A stretch of 64,000 nt of DNA from Fibrobacteria bacterium (GTDB lineage: Bacteria > Fibrobacterota > Chitinivibrionia > Chitinivibrionales > FEN-1185): positions 1 through 64,000 of the forward strand of contig JBBIGR010000016.1 of assembly GCA_037447435.1 (NCBI GenBank), given 5' to 3'. Shown piece by piece: positions 48,888 through 59,851 of the stretch. The stretch's first letter is position 1. Each line of letters opens with the position of its first letter. Both the position numbers and the translations under genes were made by a program. A model generated the notes under the pieces. The model was not told where the DNA came from, searched no databases, and saw nothing but the letters and a program-made list of their open reading frames with translations.

Positions 48888-49922
48888 TTATACGTTTATG
48901 GCGTCCCAATCCGCTTTAACCATAATTTCAACGAGTTTATCGAACGTAACTGCCGGAGTCCAGCCCAATTTGTTTTTTGCTTTAGCAGGATTACCAAGCA
49001 ATAAATCAACTTCGGTCGGTCTATAATATTTGGGATCAACCCGAATAACTACTTTACCGCTTGCCTTGTCCGTACCGATTTCTTTTTCATTTTGACCGGA
49101 CCATGCAATATCCATATCCAAACAGGCAAAAGTTTTTTCCGCAAATTCACGGACAGAATGGGTTTCACCCGTTGCGATAACATAGTCGTCGGGGGAATCC
49201 TGTTGCAACATAAGCCACATGGCATTCACATAATCGGGCGCATAACCCCAATCCCGCTTCGAATTGAGGTTTCCAACATATAAACAATCTTTTTTACCCG
49301 CCTTAATGGCCGAGGCAGCCATCGTGATTTTACGGGTTACGAAATTTTCACCCCGTCGCGGAGATTCATGATTAAATAAAATGCCGTTGCTGGCATGGAG
49401 ATTGAATGCTTCTCTGTAATTGACCACAATCCAATATGCGTATTGTTTTGCAACGGCATACGGAGAACGGGGATAAAACGGCGTTGTTTCGCTTTGCGGC
49501 GTTTCCCGGACTTTTCCGTATAATTCGGACGTTGATGCTTGATAAAAGCGAGTATCGATGCCCGTGTCTTTAATCGCATCCAATATGCGCAATGTTCCGG
49601 TGGCGTCGACGTCGGCCGTATATTCCGGCACTTCAAAGGAAACCGCCACATGGGATTGAGCTGCAAGATTGTAAATTTCATGCGGCTTGACCTTTTCAAG
49701 CACACGGTTCATGTTGCTTGAATCCGACATGTCGCCGTAATGCAAATAAAAATCGGTTTTTTTGTCATGCGAATCCCTAAACAAATGATCGATGCGTTTG
49801 CGGTTGAAATAGCTGGCGCGCCGAATCATTCCGTGGACTTCGTAGTTTTTTTCTAAAAGCAATTCGGCAAGATACGAGCCGTCTTGTCCCGTTACTCCTG
49901 TTATGAACGCGCGTCGTTTCAT
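48888..49922 (-). CDS. gmd: GDP-mannose 4,6-dehydratase
   Basis: [43 protein letters not shown]. Confidence 0.97.
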   Translation of the reverse strand: MKRRAFITGVTGQDGSYLAELLLEKNYEVHGMIRRASYFNRKRIDHLFRDSHDKKTDFYLHYGDMSDSSNMNRVLEKVKPHEIYNLAAQSHVAVSFEVPEYTADVDATGTLRILDAIKDTGIDTRFYQASTSELYGKVRETPQSETTPFYPRSPYAVAKQYAYWIVVNYREAFNLHASNGILFNHESPRRGENFVTRKITMAASAIKAGKKDCLYVGNLNSKRDWGYAPDYVNAMWLMLQQDSPDDYVIATGETHSVREFAEKTFACLDMDIAWSGQNEKEIGTDKASGKVVIRVDPKYYRPTEVDLLLGNPAKAKNKLGWTPAVTFDKLVEIMVKADWDAINV

Positions 49923-50102
49923 GGGTTCCTTTCAAAATCTTGTATTTGTCAATATTTCGATAAAAATCGGGATAATAATAAAAGAATGTTTGATTCCATT
50001 GCAATGCCAAGTATTTTTCACTTGAAGAAAATAATATAATATTTTATTGAACACGTTTAAGTAACTGGTTTAAATTCCGTTTACCGCAAACAAAAGTAAA
50101 AT

Positions 50103-52352
50103 ATGGAACAACGTCCTTCGAACGCCCCTTTTCAATTTCCCAACGCTTCACAAAACGATTCGGGCACTTCAATCCGATTCAAGCGGATTTTCTCCATTTT
50201 TTTAATCGTTTTATTTTGTATTTCAGGAATGGGTGTCGGCATGACATGGTTTCTGTACAGAATGTACAAAACACTGCCCACGGTCGATCAGCTCGAAAAT
50301 ATCGAGCCGCCGCTTTCCTCTAAAGTCGTAGGTAAAGACGGCAAATTAATCCATGAATTTTCCATCGAAAGACGTTCCTGGGTTCCCATTTCCGATGTTC
50401 CCAATGATTTGATCAATGCGATAATTTCCATAGAAGACAGAAAATTTTATACCCATTGGGGTGTGGATTTAAAACGAATAATCGGTGCAGTTTTCATCAA
50501 TCTCGGCCGAGGTCATTATGCGCAGGGAGCATCCACTCTCACGCAACAACTTGCCCGGAATGTGTATTTATCGTCCAAAACTTCCATGATTCGCAAAATC
50601 CGTGAAGCAATGACCGCGGTTCAAATAGAACAATACTATACTAAGCGCGAAATTCTCGAACTATACATGAATCAGGTGTATCTCGGAGCCGGAGTATACG
50701 GAGTCGAAGCTGCAAGTCAATGTTATTTCAGCAAACATGTCTCGAAACTTACGACAAACGAATGTACCGTACTTGCCGGGCTCATCCAGCTGCCCGAACG
50801 CTATCGGCCCGACAAACCGGGAAATCTCAAACGCACCGCCGCGCGCCGCGCGAATGTGGTCAAGGCAATGGTATCGATGAAGTTCATGGATAAAAAAACC
50901 GCAGACGACATTATGGCGACGCCGGTGCCCACGAATCCGCAAAAAGATATTTCCAAACGCGGCCCCTATTTCATTGAAATGGTCAGGAAGTATTGCGAAC
51001 AAAAATACGGCGACGATCTTTTATATAACGGCGGCCTTACCATTTATACGACCCTCGACGGTTCGGCGCAGGATATTACCGACGCGGCAACCGAGGAGCA
51101 TTTGAACGGGTTGCAAAAGAAAATGAACAGCTATTATCTCGATAAAACACGGATACATAGAAAATTGAAAATACCGCGGGATACGTTTGAAGCTCATTTC
51201 GATTCGATTTATGCGGCAAATCAAAAGGAATGCGAGGCTTTTCCCGACTCGTTAAAACGTCGGGTCGTACAGACCGCGCTTATTGCAATGGATGTAAAAA
51301 CCGGTGCAATACTCAATTTAGTCGGCGGCAGGAATTTTCTTGAGAGCAAATTTAACCGTGCCGTGCAATCGGTTCGGCAACCCGGTTCCGCATTTAAGCC
51401 CGTTTTGTATACTGCAGCAATGGAACACGGCTTTACTCCTGCAAGTGTCGTGCTCGATCAGCCTATAACCATCATGACGCCGCAGGGCGAATGGCGGCCC
51501 GAAAATTACGAGGGTAAATTTGAAGGCCCGGTAACGGTCCGTCATGCTTTGGCCCATTCGTTGAATTTGGTTGCGATTCAGGTTCTCATGCAAATCACCG
51601 GCGATACGGTCGTGTCGTATGCCCGGCGCATGGGATTCAAACAACATATGGATCCGGTACCGTCGCTTGCCATCGGGTCCTGTGAAGTCATGCCCATGGA
51701 ATTGCTCGACGCGTATTCGATTTTCCCCAATAAAGGCGTACGGGTCGACCCGTATTTCATAGAGCGTATCGTGGATAGAAACGGCAATGTTCTTGAAGAA
51801 CACGAACAAAGCCCGGGCGTGCAGGTGTTGTCGCCGCAAACGTCGTATATCATGTGCAATCTTCTGACAAGTGTGGTCCGTCAAGGTACGGGCGCCGCGA
51901 TACCGGGGCTGGGTTTCGACAGGCCGTCGGCAGGGAAAACCGGAACGTCAAACGATTATTCCGATGCCTGGTTCGTGGGCTTTACCCCGCAAATCGCCTG
52001 CGTCGTATGGGTCGGCATGGATGAACGGCGGTCGCTTGGGTACGGCGTCACCGGTGCGCTCGGCGCGGTACCGTTATATGTAAAGGCAATGATCGGTTTA
52101 CATAAGAATGTTCCGGTCCAGGATTTCGAAAAGCCCGACAGCGTCATAAACGTCAAGGTCTGCTCGGTGTCGCGGAAACTGGCAACCGGGTATTGTCCGC
52201 AATCGTTCGACGAAGTATTCATAGAAGGAAAACAGCCCGAGCCTTGCGACATGCACGGTCCAAATAAGGCAAAAAGTTCGGCCATCATGAATATGTTCGG
52301 CCCAAAGGAACAAGAAACAAAAGTCCCGCCTAAAAAGAGATTGATGTTTTAA
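50103..52352 (+). CDS. class A penicillin-binding protein (PBP1A family)
   Basis: EDRKF..H.GVD, GASTLTQQL, RQPGSAFKP, SLN, GKTGTS. Confidence 0.95.
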   Translation: MEQRPSNAPFQFPNASQNDSGTSIRFKRIFSIFLIVLFCISGMGVGMTWFLYRMYKTLPTVDQLENIEPPLSSKVVGKDGKLIHEFSIERRSWVPISDVPNDLINAIISIEDRKFYTHWGVDLKRIIGAVFINLGRGHYAQGASTLTQQLARNVYLSSKTSMIRKIREAMTAVQIEQYYTKREILELYMNQVYLGAGVYGVEAASQCYFSKHVSKLTTNECTVLAGLIQLPERYRPDKPGNLKRTAARRANVVKAMVSMKFMDKKTADDIMATPVPTNPQKDISKRGPYFIEMVRKYCEQKYGDDLLYNGGLTIYTTLDGSAQDITDAATEEHLNGLQKKMNSYYLDKTRIHRKLKIPRDTFEAHFDSIYAANQKECEAFPDSLKRRVVQTALIAMDVKTGAILNLVGGRNFLESKFNRAVQSVRQPGSAFKPVLYTAAMEHGFTPASVVLDQPITIMTPQGEWRPENYEGKFEGPVTVRHALAHSLNLVAIQVLMQITGDTVVSYARRMGFKQHMDPVPSLAIGSCEVMPMELLDAYSIFPNKGVRVDPYFIERIVDRNGNVLEEHEQSPGVQVLSPQTSYIMCNLLTSVVRQGTGAAIPGLGFDRPSAGKTGTSNDYSDAWFVGFTPQIACVVWVGMDERRSLGYGVTGALGAVPLYVKAMIGLHKNVPVQDFEKPDSVINVKVCSVSRKLATGYCPQSFDEVFIEGKQPEPCDMHGPNKAKSSAIMNMFGPKEQETKVPPKKRLMF

Positions 52353-52425
52353 CGAAATTATCCGGTAAAGACGCCGTTTGCCGCGTCTTTACAACAAAAC
52401 CTCTCCCACATCGTATTTTCGAAAT

Positions 52426-54255
52426 ATGAACGACAAAGAATTACGCGATACTCTCGATCGCTTTCCGCAAAGCCCGGGCGTGTATATCATGCGCGATTCG
52501 GGCAACGTGCCGTTATACATCGGCAAGGCCATCAACCTGAAAAACAGGGTAAGATCCTATTTTTCCGACAAGCACGAAGACCGGCCGCATATTCCTGTTA
52601 TGCTTCGGCGCATGCATCACATCGATTGGATCGCCACCAACACCGAAACCGAAGCGCTCATCCTCGAAGCGAATCTTATACGTAAACACATACCCCATTT
52701 CAACATCGATTTAAAAGACGACAAACATTACCCCTATATAAAAATCACGGTGCAGGAGCCGTTTCCGCGTTTGCTCGTCGTGCGGCGGGTCGACAAAGAC
52801 AAGGCGCGGTATTTCGGGCCCTATACCGATGTCCGCGCCATGCGCAGGTTGGTCCATTTCGGCCGACGGATTTTCAAGATACGCGACTGCAACAAAAACC
52901 TGCCGCTCAAACATCCGATACGGCCTTGCGTCAATTATGAGATCGGGCGGTGCAGCGGCGCGTGCGGCGGAAAAATATCCGAGGCCGACTACCGGAACAA
53001 TATCGACATGCTCATGCGGTTCTTATCGGGAAAGCGCAAAGACATCGTCAACGAATTGCAACAGAAAATGGAATGCGCCTCCTCGCAGCTTTTGTTCGAA
53101 GAGGCCGCGAATATCCGCGACCAGATACAGCTGATCAACGATGCGTCGAAATTGCAGCAGGTGGATTTGGCAGCTCCGCAAATCGACTGCGACGTGTTCG
53201 GCATTTATAAAGGCGACCGGTCGTTGTGTTTGGCCGCGTTGCACGTGACCGAAGGGCTGCTTTTGTCGGCGCGGCATTTTACTTTTGATAAAAATGCCTG
53301 GGAATCGACGTCCGAAGGGCTGGAACCGCTGCTGCTCCAGTATTATCTCAATGCAAACGAGCAGCCGGCAAAGGAAATAATAATCAGCGACGCAGCCGGT
53401 ATCGTCATCGATGCGGCGCTCATTTCCAGGGCGTTCGAAACGCAATTCGGGTACAAGGTCGAAATTACGGTTCCGCAAAAAGGGCCAAAGCGTATCCTCG
53501 CCGACATGGCGATAAAAAACGCCCGGTTATATCTGATGCAGAAATTGCCGTCCAACGCCATGGACGATCTGAGCGATATGGAGAAACTGTTAAAGCTTCC
53601 CCGTTTCCCGCATGTCATCGAGGCATTCGATATTTCCAATCTGGGCGAAAGCAATGCGGTTGCGGGCATGGTGCGTTTCGTCGACGGGCAGCCGGACAAA
53701 TCGGGGTACCGCAGGTACAAGATTAAAACCGTGACCGGTCAAAACGATTTCGCAATGATGATGGAAGTGGTCACCAGGCGTCTGACCCGTCAAAGTGAAG
53801 AAGGCCAGCAATTTGCGGATTTGTATCTCATCGACGGCGGGCTGGGGCAATTGCACAGCGCGATGGTTCCGCTCGCAAGTTTCAAAAACCCGCCCATGAT
53901 CATCTCCCTTGCTAAACAGGAAGAGCTGGTGTTTTCGCCGTACGGCGACGCGCCGGTGCAGCTCGGATCTACCCACCCGGTACGGAAACTGTTGGAACGC
54001 ATACGCGACGAAGTACACCGGTTCGCCATCACCTTTCACCGGGGCTTGCGCAATAAGCAAGCAAGCGCCTCGGCCTTGCAGTCCATTCCCGGCATGGGCA
54101 AAAAGCGGGTGGTCGAGCTGCTCAAGCATTTCGGCTCGGTAAAAAGGGCCTCCGAAGCCACCGAAGACGAAATTGCGTCGGTAAAGGGCATTCCGAAGAA
54201 TTTGGCCAAGGAAATTAAGGCGTTTTTGGAAGAGCTTAAGAACAAGCAGAGTTGA
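52426..54255 (+). CDS. uvrC: excinuclease ABC subunit C
   Basis: PGVY...YIGKA GIY-YIG domain, FDISN, IDGGLGQ, RDEVHRFA, C-terminal HhH. Confidence 0.97.
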   Translation: MNDKELRDTLDRFPQSPGVYIMRDSGNVPLYIGKAINLKNRVRSYFSDKHEDRPHIPVMLRRMHHIDWIATNTETEALILEANLIRKHIPHFNIDLKDDKHYPYIKITVQEPFPRLLVVRRVDKDKARYFGPYTDVRAMRRLVHFGRRIFKIRDCNKNLPLKHPIRPCVNYEIGRCSGACGGKISEADYRNNIDMLMRFLSGKRKDIVNELQQKMECASSQLLFEEAANIRDQIQLINDASKLQQVDLAAPQIDCDVFGIYKGDRSLCLAALHVTEGLLLSARHFTFDKNAWESTSEGLEPLLLQYYLNANEQPAKEIIISDAAGIVIDAALISRAFETQFGYKVEITVPQKGPKRILADMAIKNARLYLMQKLPSNAMDDLSDMEKLLKLPRFPHVIEAFDISNLGESNAVAGMVRFVDGQPDKSGYRRYKIKTVTGQNDFAMMMEVVTRRLTRQSEEGQQFADLYLIDGGLGQLHSAMVPLASFKNPPMIISLAKQEELVFSPYGDAPVQLGSTHPVRKLLERIRDEVHRFAITFHRGLRNKQASASALQSIPGMGKKRVVELLKHFGSVKRASEATEDEIASVKGIPKNLAKEIKAFLEELKNKQS

Positions 54256-55035
54256 TTACCACCCCTTAAGCGTCTGCATCGCGTCCCGTACCGACATGAC
54301 GCTCAAATGCTGATCCTTGCAATACGACAAAAAGTCTTTGTAAGTCGATTCCTTGCACCAGTAAATCGGTAACGGCGGGGCAGTGTCGGGCTGGATCACG
54401 TGAAAGCCGATGATCACCAGCGGGGCGCCGAGGCGCTTTGCCTCTTCGATGCGGGCGACGATGTCGGCGGCGGTAAAGTTGCCCGTGACCGCAAAATAAC
54501 CGAGTTCCTGCCTGTCCACGCCGTCCAGATAATAATAATCGTGCGACGAGCGTATGTTGACAAAATATTGTTTGATCATACTTTTGACCGTGTCGTTGTA
54601 CATGCCGGACGCATAGGCGAAACTTTGATGCGACAGGCCGTTTTGCTCGAGGAAATCGAAACTGGCCTTAATGCGCCAGGCGGCAGAGTCGGGCGGCATG
54701 GCCGTGAGATTATCATGTTCATAGCCGTGGCCGCCGCTTTCCCAGCCATACCATTCCATTGTTTTTTCCTGGTCGAGCGTGACATTGCCGGCCGCTCCCA
54801 AGTAGCTGTTCGGGAAAAAATGCGTCGCGGTCCAGGCGGAATCAGTTGCTTGCATCAAGCGAAAACCGGTATTGTAAATGGATGCGTCTGCATCGTCGAA
54901 GGTCACGACCACGATCGGAGCGCCTTGACTTTGTTCGAACGGGACAAGGGCATTTGAACATGAAAAGAGAGTGGGTAAAAGTATTGCGAGAAGTAAAATG
55001 CCAATAGGGCCAAAGGATGAAATGATTATTTTCAT
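54256..55035 (-). CDS. polysaccharide deacetylase family lipoprotein
   Basis: VTFDDA, GWE.GGH...H, FAY..G, IGFH; lipobox LFSC. Confidence 0.82.
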   Translation of the reverse strand: MKIIISSFGPIGILLLAILLPTLFSCSNALVPFEQSQGAPIVVVTFDDADASIYNTGFRLMQATDSAWTATHFFPNSYLGAAGNVTLDQEKTMEWYGWESGGHGYEHDNLTAMPPDSAAWRIKASFDFLEQNGLSHQSFAYASGMYNDTVKSMIKQYFVNIRSSHDYYYLDGVDRQELGYFAVTGNFTAADIVARIEEAKRLGAPLVIIGFHVIQPDTAPPLPIYWCKESTYKDFLSYCKDQHLSVMSVRDAMQTLKGW

Positions 55036-55045
55036 TTTTCTACGA

Positions 55046-55096
55046 CCTCACCCGGCCTGCCCAAAGGGCAGGCCACCCTCTCCTACGAGGAGAGGG
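55046..55096. repeat. REP-like structured intergenic repeat
   Basis: CCTCACCC-GGCCTGCCC aaa GGGCAGGCC-ACCCTCTCC..GGAGAGGG nested hairpins. Confidence 0.6.
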
Positions 55097-55130
55097 TGGG
55101 ATAAAATTTGTTCCATATCGGCGATTATGT

Positions 55131-56156
55131 TCAAAACAAAAGCCATAAAGACCCGACAAGCCTGTCCATACGGACATTGCCGGTCATGGTCGATTCCGCG
55201 CCAAGCCTGATCAGTGAATGGTTTACATTTGGAGTAACGGCGACGCCGAGTTCCGGAATATGGGAAACAATGTCGAAACTGCTTTGATATTCGTATCCGC
55301 CGTACAAGCCCATCCAAGACAAAAACATATAGGTGGCGTCAAGCCCGACCTTACCGGTCGTATAAGAAAAAGCCTTATCAAAGTTTTCATAAAACAGCAT
55401 GGCGCAAAGGTCGAGCGATTGCGTGATTTTGTAACGCGATTCGGTCAATATTTCAAAATCATAGCCGCTATTCATGGTCGCGTTGCCGAAGCCCTGGTAA
55501 GCCCGGTATTTGAGGGCGCAATGGATATCGAATGGCTGAAAAGAAACGCAGGCGTCGTCACCTATTGTCAATGAATTGTCCTGATACACGAGATCGCCGG
55601 TTTGTATCCCGGCCATGAGCTTATTGCAAAACGACGCATTGTTTGCAACGGTAAGCATGACATGCCCGGCGGTATTTTCCCTTGTGTTAAGAGTCGCCGC
55701 GCCGCTGATGTTAACTATCCCCATGTTGCGGGAAAGGTCCAGGCCAAAACCGTAGGAATCCCAAATAACCGATGTCCGGGTAAATTCGTTATATACGGAA
55801 AACGGCTTGTAATACAGTGCCCTGCCGATATGGGTAGACATCATGCCGAAGCCGGCGGAAAATCCGTTCTGCCGGTAGTTAAGAGACGCTTCTTCGATAA
55901 ACGGCGTGGTATAGGTGGGGCTGCCTTTAATGTATACTTTGCAGAATACCGCATCCGTAAAGGCATGGCCGAGCCAGGCATCCACGATACCCGATTCGTT
56001 TCCTTTTGTGCCCGCCGCATTCTGATGCGTTGCTTGGGCGCCGGCCCATACCTGCACATGCAGGGAATCGGGAAAGGAAAATTCCGATGCCAAGGAAGCC
56101 GAAAAGAAACACAATATTGAAAAAACTGCGGCGGAATTTTTTAGGTTATTCTCCAT
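55131..56156 (-). CDS. porin-like outer-membrane beta-barrel
   Basis: Signal peptide, amphipathic strands, C-terminal Phe. Confidence 0.7.
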   Translation of the reverse strand: MENNLKNSAAVFSILCFFSASLASEFSFPDSLHVQVWAGAQATHQNAAGTKGNESGIVDAWLGHAFTDAVFCKVYIKGSPTYTTPFIEEASLNYRQNGFSAGFGMMSTHIGRALYYKPFSVYNEFTRTSVIWDSYGFGLDLSRNMGIVNISGAATLNTRENTAGHVMLTVANNASFCNKLMAGIQTGDLVYQDNSLTIGDDACVSFQPFDIHCALKYRAYQGFGNATMNSGYDFEILTESRYKITQSLDLCAMLFYENFDKAFSYTTGKVGLDATYMFLSWMGLYGGYEYQSSFDIVSHIPELGVAVTPNVNHSLIRLGAESTMTGNVRMDRLVGSLWLLF

Positions 56157-56946
56157 TCGGCCCGAATTCCTGGAAATACACGCAGTCTTCGCAGTCCTCG
56201 GAAACATATTGGAACGAGATGCCTTCTATCATGCCGTCGACAATCCAGCAGGGTTGGCCGTTTGGTTTGATCTTTTTAAAGCACTCGTCGCATGTGGTGG
56301 CATTTTTTGGATTATGGTTCTTGAAATATTCCCAGCACGCGGGACGTTCTTTGGGTTTTGCCGGCCGTACCGCTTGCGCGGCCTGCGTTTTTTGCGCCTC
56401 TTCCTTGACTTTCATGGTTTCGAAAATGTCATGGGCGTCCCGATGATTTTTCACGATCTTCAGAATGCGCGAAAGCTTAGTCACGGAAAGCAAGTTCGTC
56501 GCATAGCCTTCGGAAACCACAAGCACCAGCAATCCTTTGGCGGCAGCCGCGTCTTTATGGATTTTAATGATCGCGCCGAGCCCGCAAGAATAGATGTTAT
56601 TGATTCGGGTGATGTCCAGAATGATTTTGAAGCGGTTATGCTGCTTGAGACTGTCCCATACTTTTTCAAGCGCCTTGGTGCGTTCGGAATTGAGGGTGCC
56701 TTCGCAGGTGATAACGGCAATGTCGGCATCGTAATCCGAAATGACGCCGCTGTCGCTGTTCATGGTTATATAATACGCGCATTGCTTGCATTTTTTAAGC
56801 TGCTCGCCGGATTCTTCCTGGTACACGCCTTTTAAAACCCAGCATTTAACATTGTCCATATCCGAGGGGTTTTCGCGAAAACTATTCCAAACATAGCATG
56901 TTTCGCGCTGTTCTTTAGAGCATTTGGTGACTTCATAGCATTTCAC
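56146..56946 (-). CDS. STAS domain protein flanked by two Cys-rich two-CW domains
   Basis: CYE...C..CYVW..CW..C..C; STAS motif D......YSCGLG; CWEYF..C..C..CW..C..C; GTG start with AAAGGA. Confidence 0.8.
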   Translation of the reverse strand: MKCYEVTKCSKEQRETCYVWNSFRENPSDMDNVKCWVLKGVYQEESGEQLKKCKQCAYYITMNSDSGVISDYDADIAVITCEGTLNSERTKALEKVWDSLKQHNRFKIILDITRINNIYSCGLGAIIKIHKDAAAAKGLLVLVVSEGYATNLLSVTKLSRILKIVKNHRDAHDIFETMKVKEEAQKTQAAQAVRPAKPKERPACWEYFKNHNPKNATTCDECFKKIKPNGQPCWIVDGMIEGISFQYVSEDCEDCVYFQEFGPNGE

Positions 56947-57042
56947 AAAACACGTCCTTTCATACAGGGTAGTATCTTTATAATATAATGTTAGGGCCGC
57001 TTTGCGCAAGGATAAGCAAACCACAAATTATTTTCACCTCAT

Positions 57043-58173
57043 ATGGATACGAACAAGGAAAACAGGCTTGCCTGGCTCGCCCTTAATTCGATAAAGGGCC
57101 TGGGGCCGGTACGGGTCAATACTCTCGTTAAGCAATATGGGTCGGCGGCGGCATTGTTCCACCGCGACTCGTTTGCCGATATCAAACAATGGGCGGCACA
57201 TGCTGCAGTCGCAGCCGAGCTGGAAAAACCGGAGATATTATTTGCAAAGGCCCAGGCCAAAATCGACGCCGCCGCGGCACAGGGAATTATCGTATTGACC
57301 CAGGCCGACGACGAGTATCCGCCGCTGTTGCGCGAAATCGACGCGCCACCGCCTGTCTTATATGTTAAGGGGAAACTCGATTGCTTCTCCCGCCACTGCA
57401 TCGGCATGGTCGGGACGCGAAGGCCCACGAGCTATGGAAAAGGCGTTGCCGCATCGATCGCCAAGCAACTCGTTGAAAATAAAATTACAATCGTCAGCGG
57501 ACTCGCGCTGGGCATCGACACCGTGAGTCATCGGGCCTGTCTCGACAATAACGGAACCACCATCGCGGTGCTCGGCTGCGGCCTGGACAGGATTTATCCT
57601 CCGTCAAACAAGCACCTTGCGGAAGAAATCGTCAAAACCGGGGCGCTCGTTTCGGAATTCGATTGCGGCACATTGCCCGAGACATACAATTTTCCGCGGC
57701 GCAACCGCGTAATCAGCGGACTGTCGGCGGGCGTATTGGTTGTGGAAGCGCCGCGACGAAGCGGCAGCCTTATCACGGCAAACTATGCGCTTGTGCAGGG
57801 TCGCGACGTGTTTGCCGTGCCCGGCCCGATAAATTCCGAAATGTCGGACGGGACTTTCGACTTGATAAAAAACGGGGCCGTACCGGTACAATCGGGCGCG
57901 GATATCCTTGAAAATATTCGGGAAATACACTTAAAAACCATTATGGCATCGGCAGAAGCCCACAGTCTCGAGATACGGCATACCATGCCCCTGCCACTAT
58001 TGACAGAACAGGAAAGAAAATTGTACGATCACATCGCTTCCGAACCCCGCCGCCTCGATACGTTGGCCGAGCGGGCAGGCACCAGCGTCGCCGATTTATT
58101 CGACGTATTGCTCAATCTGGAATTAAAAGGCATGATCCGTCAGGTTGCCGGCCAGCAGTTTGTGAGGGCATAA
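57043..58173 (+). CDS. dprA: DNA-processing protein DprA
   Basis: YP.LL.EI...PP.LY..G, VGTR..T.YG, SGLALGID, FPRRNRVISGLS. Confidence 0.96.
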   Translation: MDTNKENRLAWLALNSIKGLGPVRVNTLVKQYGSAAALFHRDSFADIKQWAAHAAVAAELEKPEILFAKAQAKIDAAAAQGIIVLTQADDEYPPLLREIDAPPPVLYVKGKLDCFSRHCIGMVGTRRPTSYGKGVAASIAKQLVENKITIVSGLALGIDTVSHRACLDNNGTTIAVLGCGLDRIYPPSNKHLAEEIVKTGALVSEFDCGTLPETYNFPRRNRVISGLSAGVLVVEAPRRSGSLITANYALVQGRDVFAVPGPINSEMSDGTFDLIKNGAVPVQSGADILENIREIHLKTIMASAEAHSLEIRHTMPLPLLTEQERKLYDHIASEPRRLDTLAERAGTSVADLFDVLLNLELKGMIRQVAGQQFVRA

Positions 58174-58481
58174 TGGCGCTTGTCAAATCCATGAAGGGGA
58201 AAAAATTCGGCCGCTATATTGCCGCTGCCCTGGTATGCCTTTTGATTGTCTCGGTATTTACCGGCAAATCCAACGTCCTTCGCATGTACCGTTCCCATAC
58301 GGATATCAAGGAACGATTGGAAAAAAAGCAAAGGCTTCATCATGAAATCGATTCCTTGAAACAGGAAAACACGAAATTAAAAACAGATACGGCATATATA
58401 GAAAAAATAGCCCGGGAAAAGCTCGGTATGGCGCGCAAAGATGAAAAAGTGTATAAATTCATCGGCGAATCGAAACCATAA
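58173..58481 (+). CDS. ftsB: septum formation initiator (FtsB/DivIC)
   Basis: TM helix, coiled coil and IEKIAREKLGM...DE.VY. Confidence 0.85.
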   Translation: MALVKSMKGKKFGRYIAAALVCLLIVSVFTGKSNVLRMYRSHTDIKERLEKKQRLHHEIDSLKQENTKLKTDTAYIEKIAREKLGMARKDEKVYKFIGESKP

Positions 58482-58487
58482 ATATCC

Positions 58488-59294
58488 ATGGCGCCGCAAA
58501 AAACACAGGCCCTCGTATTAAAGATTTCCGATTTTCGCGAGTCGAGCGGTATTCTCTATTGTTTAACGCCGGACCACGGTTTGGTGCATTGCGTCGCCAA
58601 GGGTATTAAACGGAAAAAGGCGGGAGTACCGTCGCTGGAACGCGGGTTTTTGGTCGAAACGATGCTGTATTGTAAACCAAACCGCGAGCTGCATTTGCTG
58701 GGAACCATGGACGTCGTTGAGTATTTTCCGTCAATCAGGACCGATTTGTTTAAAAACGTCATCCGCGATATCGTGTTTGAAGTGATCATTAAGACAATGT
58801 CCTGCGATCTGCCGCATCCGGACGTGTTTCGTTATTGCGTCGACTTTTTTATGTCCATGGACCGATCGATTTCGCAGGAGTGCTTTCCGGATTTTCTCGT
58901 AAGATTTTTTTACGAATTTTGCCGTCTCATGGGAGTTGCGCCCAATATCGATTCGTGCGTACATTGCAGCGGCACTCTTTCGGGTTCCGGCGGTGGCTAT
59001 TTACAATTGGAGAACGGCAGCATGTCGTGTCCCGAATGCGCGACTCTTCGCAATACGGCGCAACGGTCTTTTGTACCGGGATTTGTTCTGGAAACATTCC
59101 GGAACCATACGCTTCGCGGGGAATGTTCGATCGAGGCGGCACAATTGAACCCCGCCGAAACTCGTCGCATTATTTGGTTGCTCGCGCGGTATTGCCAATA
59201 TCATTTTCACCATGCGACCGAATTCCGTTCTCTTTCGTTTCTCGACAGTATTTTGCCCCATTCCGACTTGGTGTTCAGCTATGACCATGCTTGA
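58488..59294 (+). CDS. recO: DNA repair protein RecO
   Basis: LVL...DFRESS.I...LT.DHG....VAKG; C..C...C..C zinc motif. Confidence 0.88.
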   Translation: MAPQKTQALVLKISDFRESSGILYCLTPDHGLVHCVAKGIKRKKAGVPSLERGFLVETMLYCKPNRELHLLGTMDVVEYFPSIRTDLFKNVIRDIVFEVIIKTMSCDLPHPDVFRYCVDFFMSMDRSISQECFPDFLVRFFYEFCRLMGVAPNIDSCVHCSGTLSGSGGGYLQLENGSMSCPECATLRNTAQRSFVPGFVLETFRNHTLRGECSIEAAQLNPAETRRIIWLLARYCQYHFHHATEFRSLSFLDSILPHSDLVFSYDHA

Positions 59295-59820
59295 ACAAAT
59301 CATTGAAAATTATAAAAAGCTATGCGCGTATTGCGATTCCTTTTTTGTAGCGATGGAAAAAATCCATGCACAAGATATGAAATGCGCAAAAGGCTGTAGT
59401 ATCTGTTGCGAGTTGACAAGCGTAAGTATGCTGGAGGCGTACGTCATCGCGGACGAAATGGAAAAGGTTTCGGAAAAACAATGCGATACGGTGCCGACGA
59501 ACCGGCAATTGGGATACGGGAAATGCGTCATGCTAAAAAACAATGAATGCAGCATTTACCGCTTTAGGCCGATTATTTGTCGCACTCATGGCTGCATCAT
59601 CGCAGCAGACGAGCAAAAAAAAATCCGGGCCGCTTGCACCTTGAATTTCATTGGAAAAGATTTAGGTACTGTTCCGAGCCAGCAGGTGTTCGACAGTAAT
59701 AAGATTACCGACAATCTTATGCGATTAAACGTCGCATTTTGCATTGAGCAAGGTACCAAGGAGTTTTCGGCAAAGCGTATTTTATTAAAAGATCTGGCAC
59801 GACGCAAAAAGACGGCATAA
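59287..59820 (+). CDS. YkgJ family cysteine cluster protein
   Basis: C.KGC..CC and C..L....C.IY..RP.ICR.HG. Confidence 0.88.
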   Translation: MLEQIIENYKKLCAYCDSFFVAMEKIHAQDMKCAKGCSICCELTSVSMLEAYVIADEMEKVSEKQCDTVPTNRQLGYGKCVMLKNNECSIYRFRPIICRTHGCIIAADEQKKIRAACTLNFIGKDLGTVPSQQVFDSNKITDNLMRLNVAFCIEQGTKEFSAKRILLKDLARRKKTA

Positions 59821-59851
59821 CAACCACGAACTTTTTGAAAGGAAAAAAATA

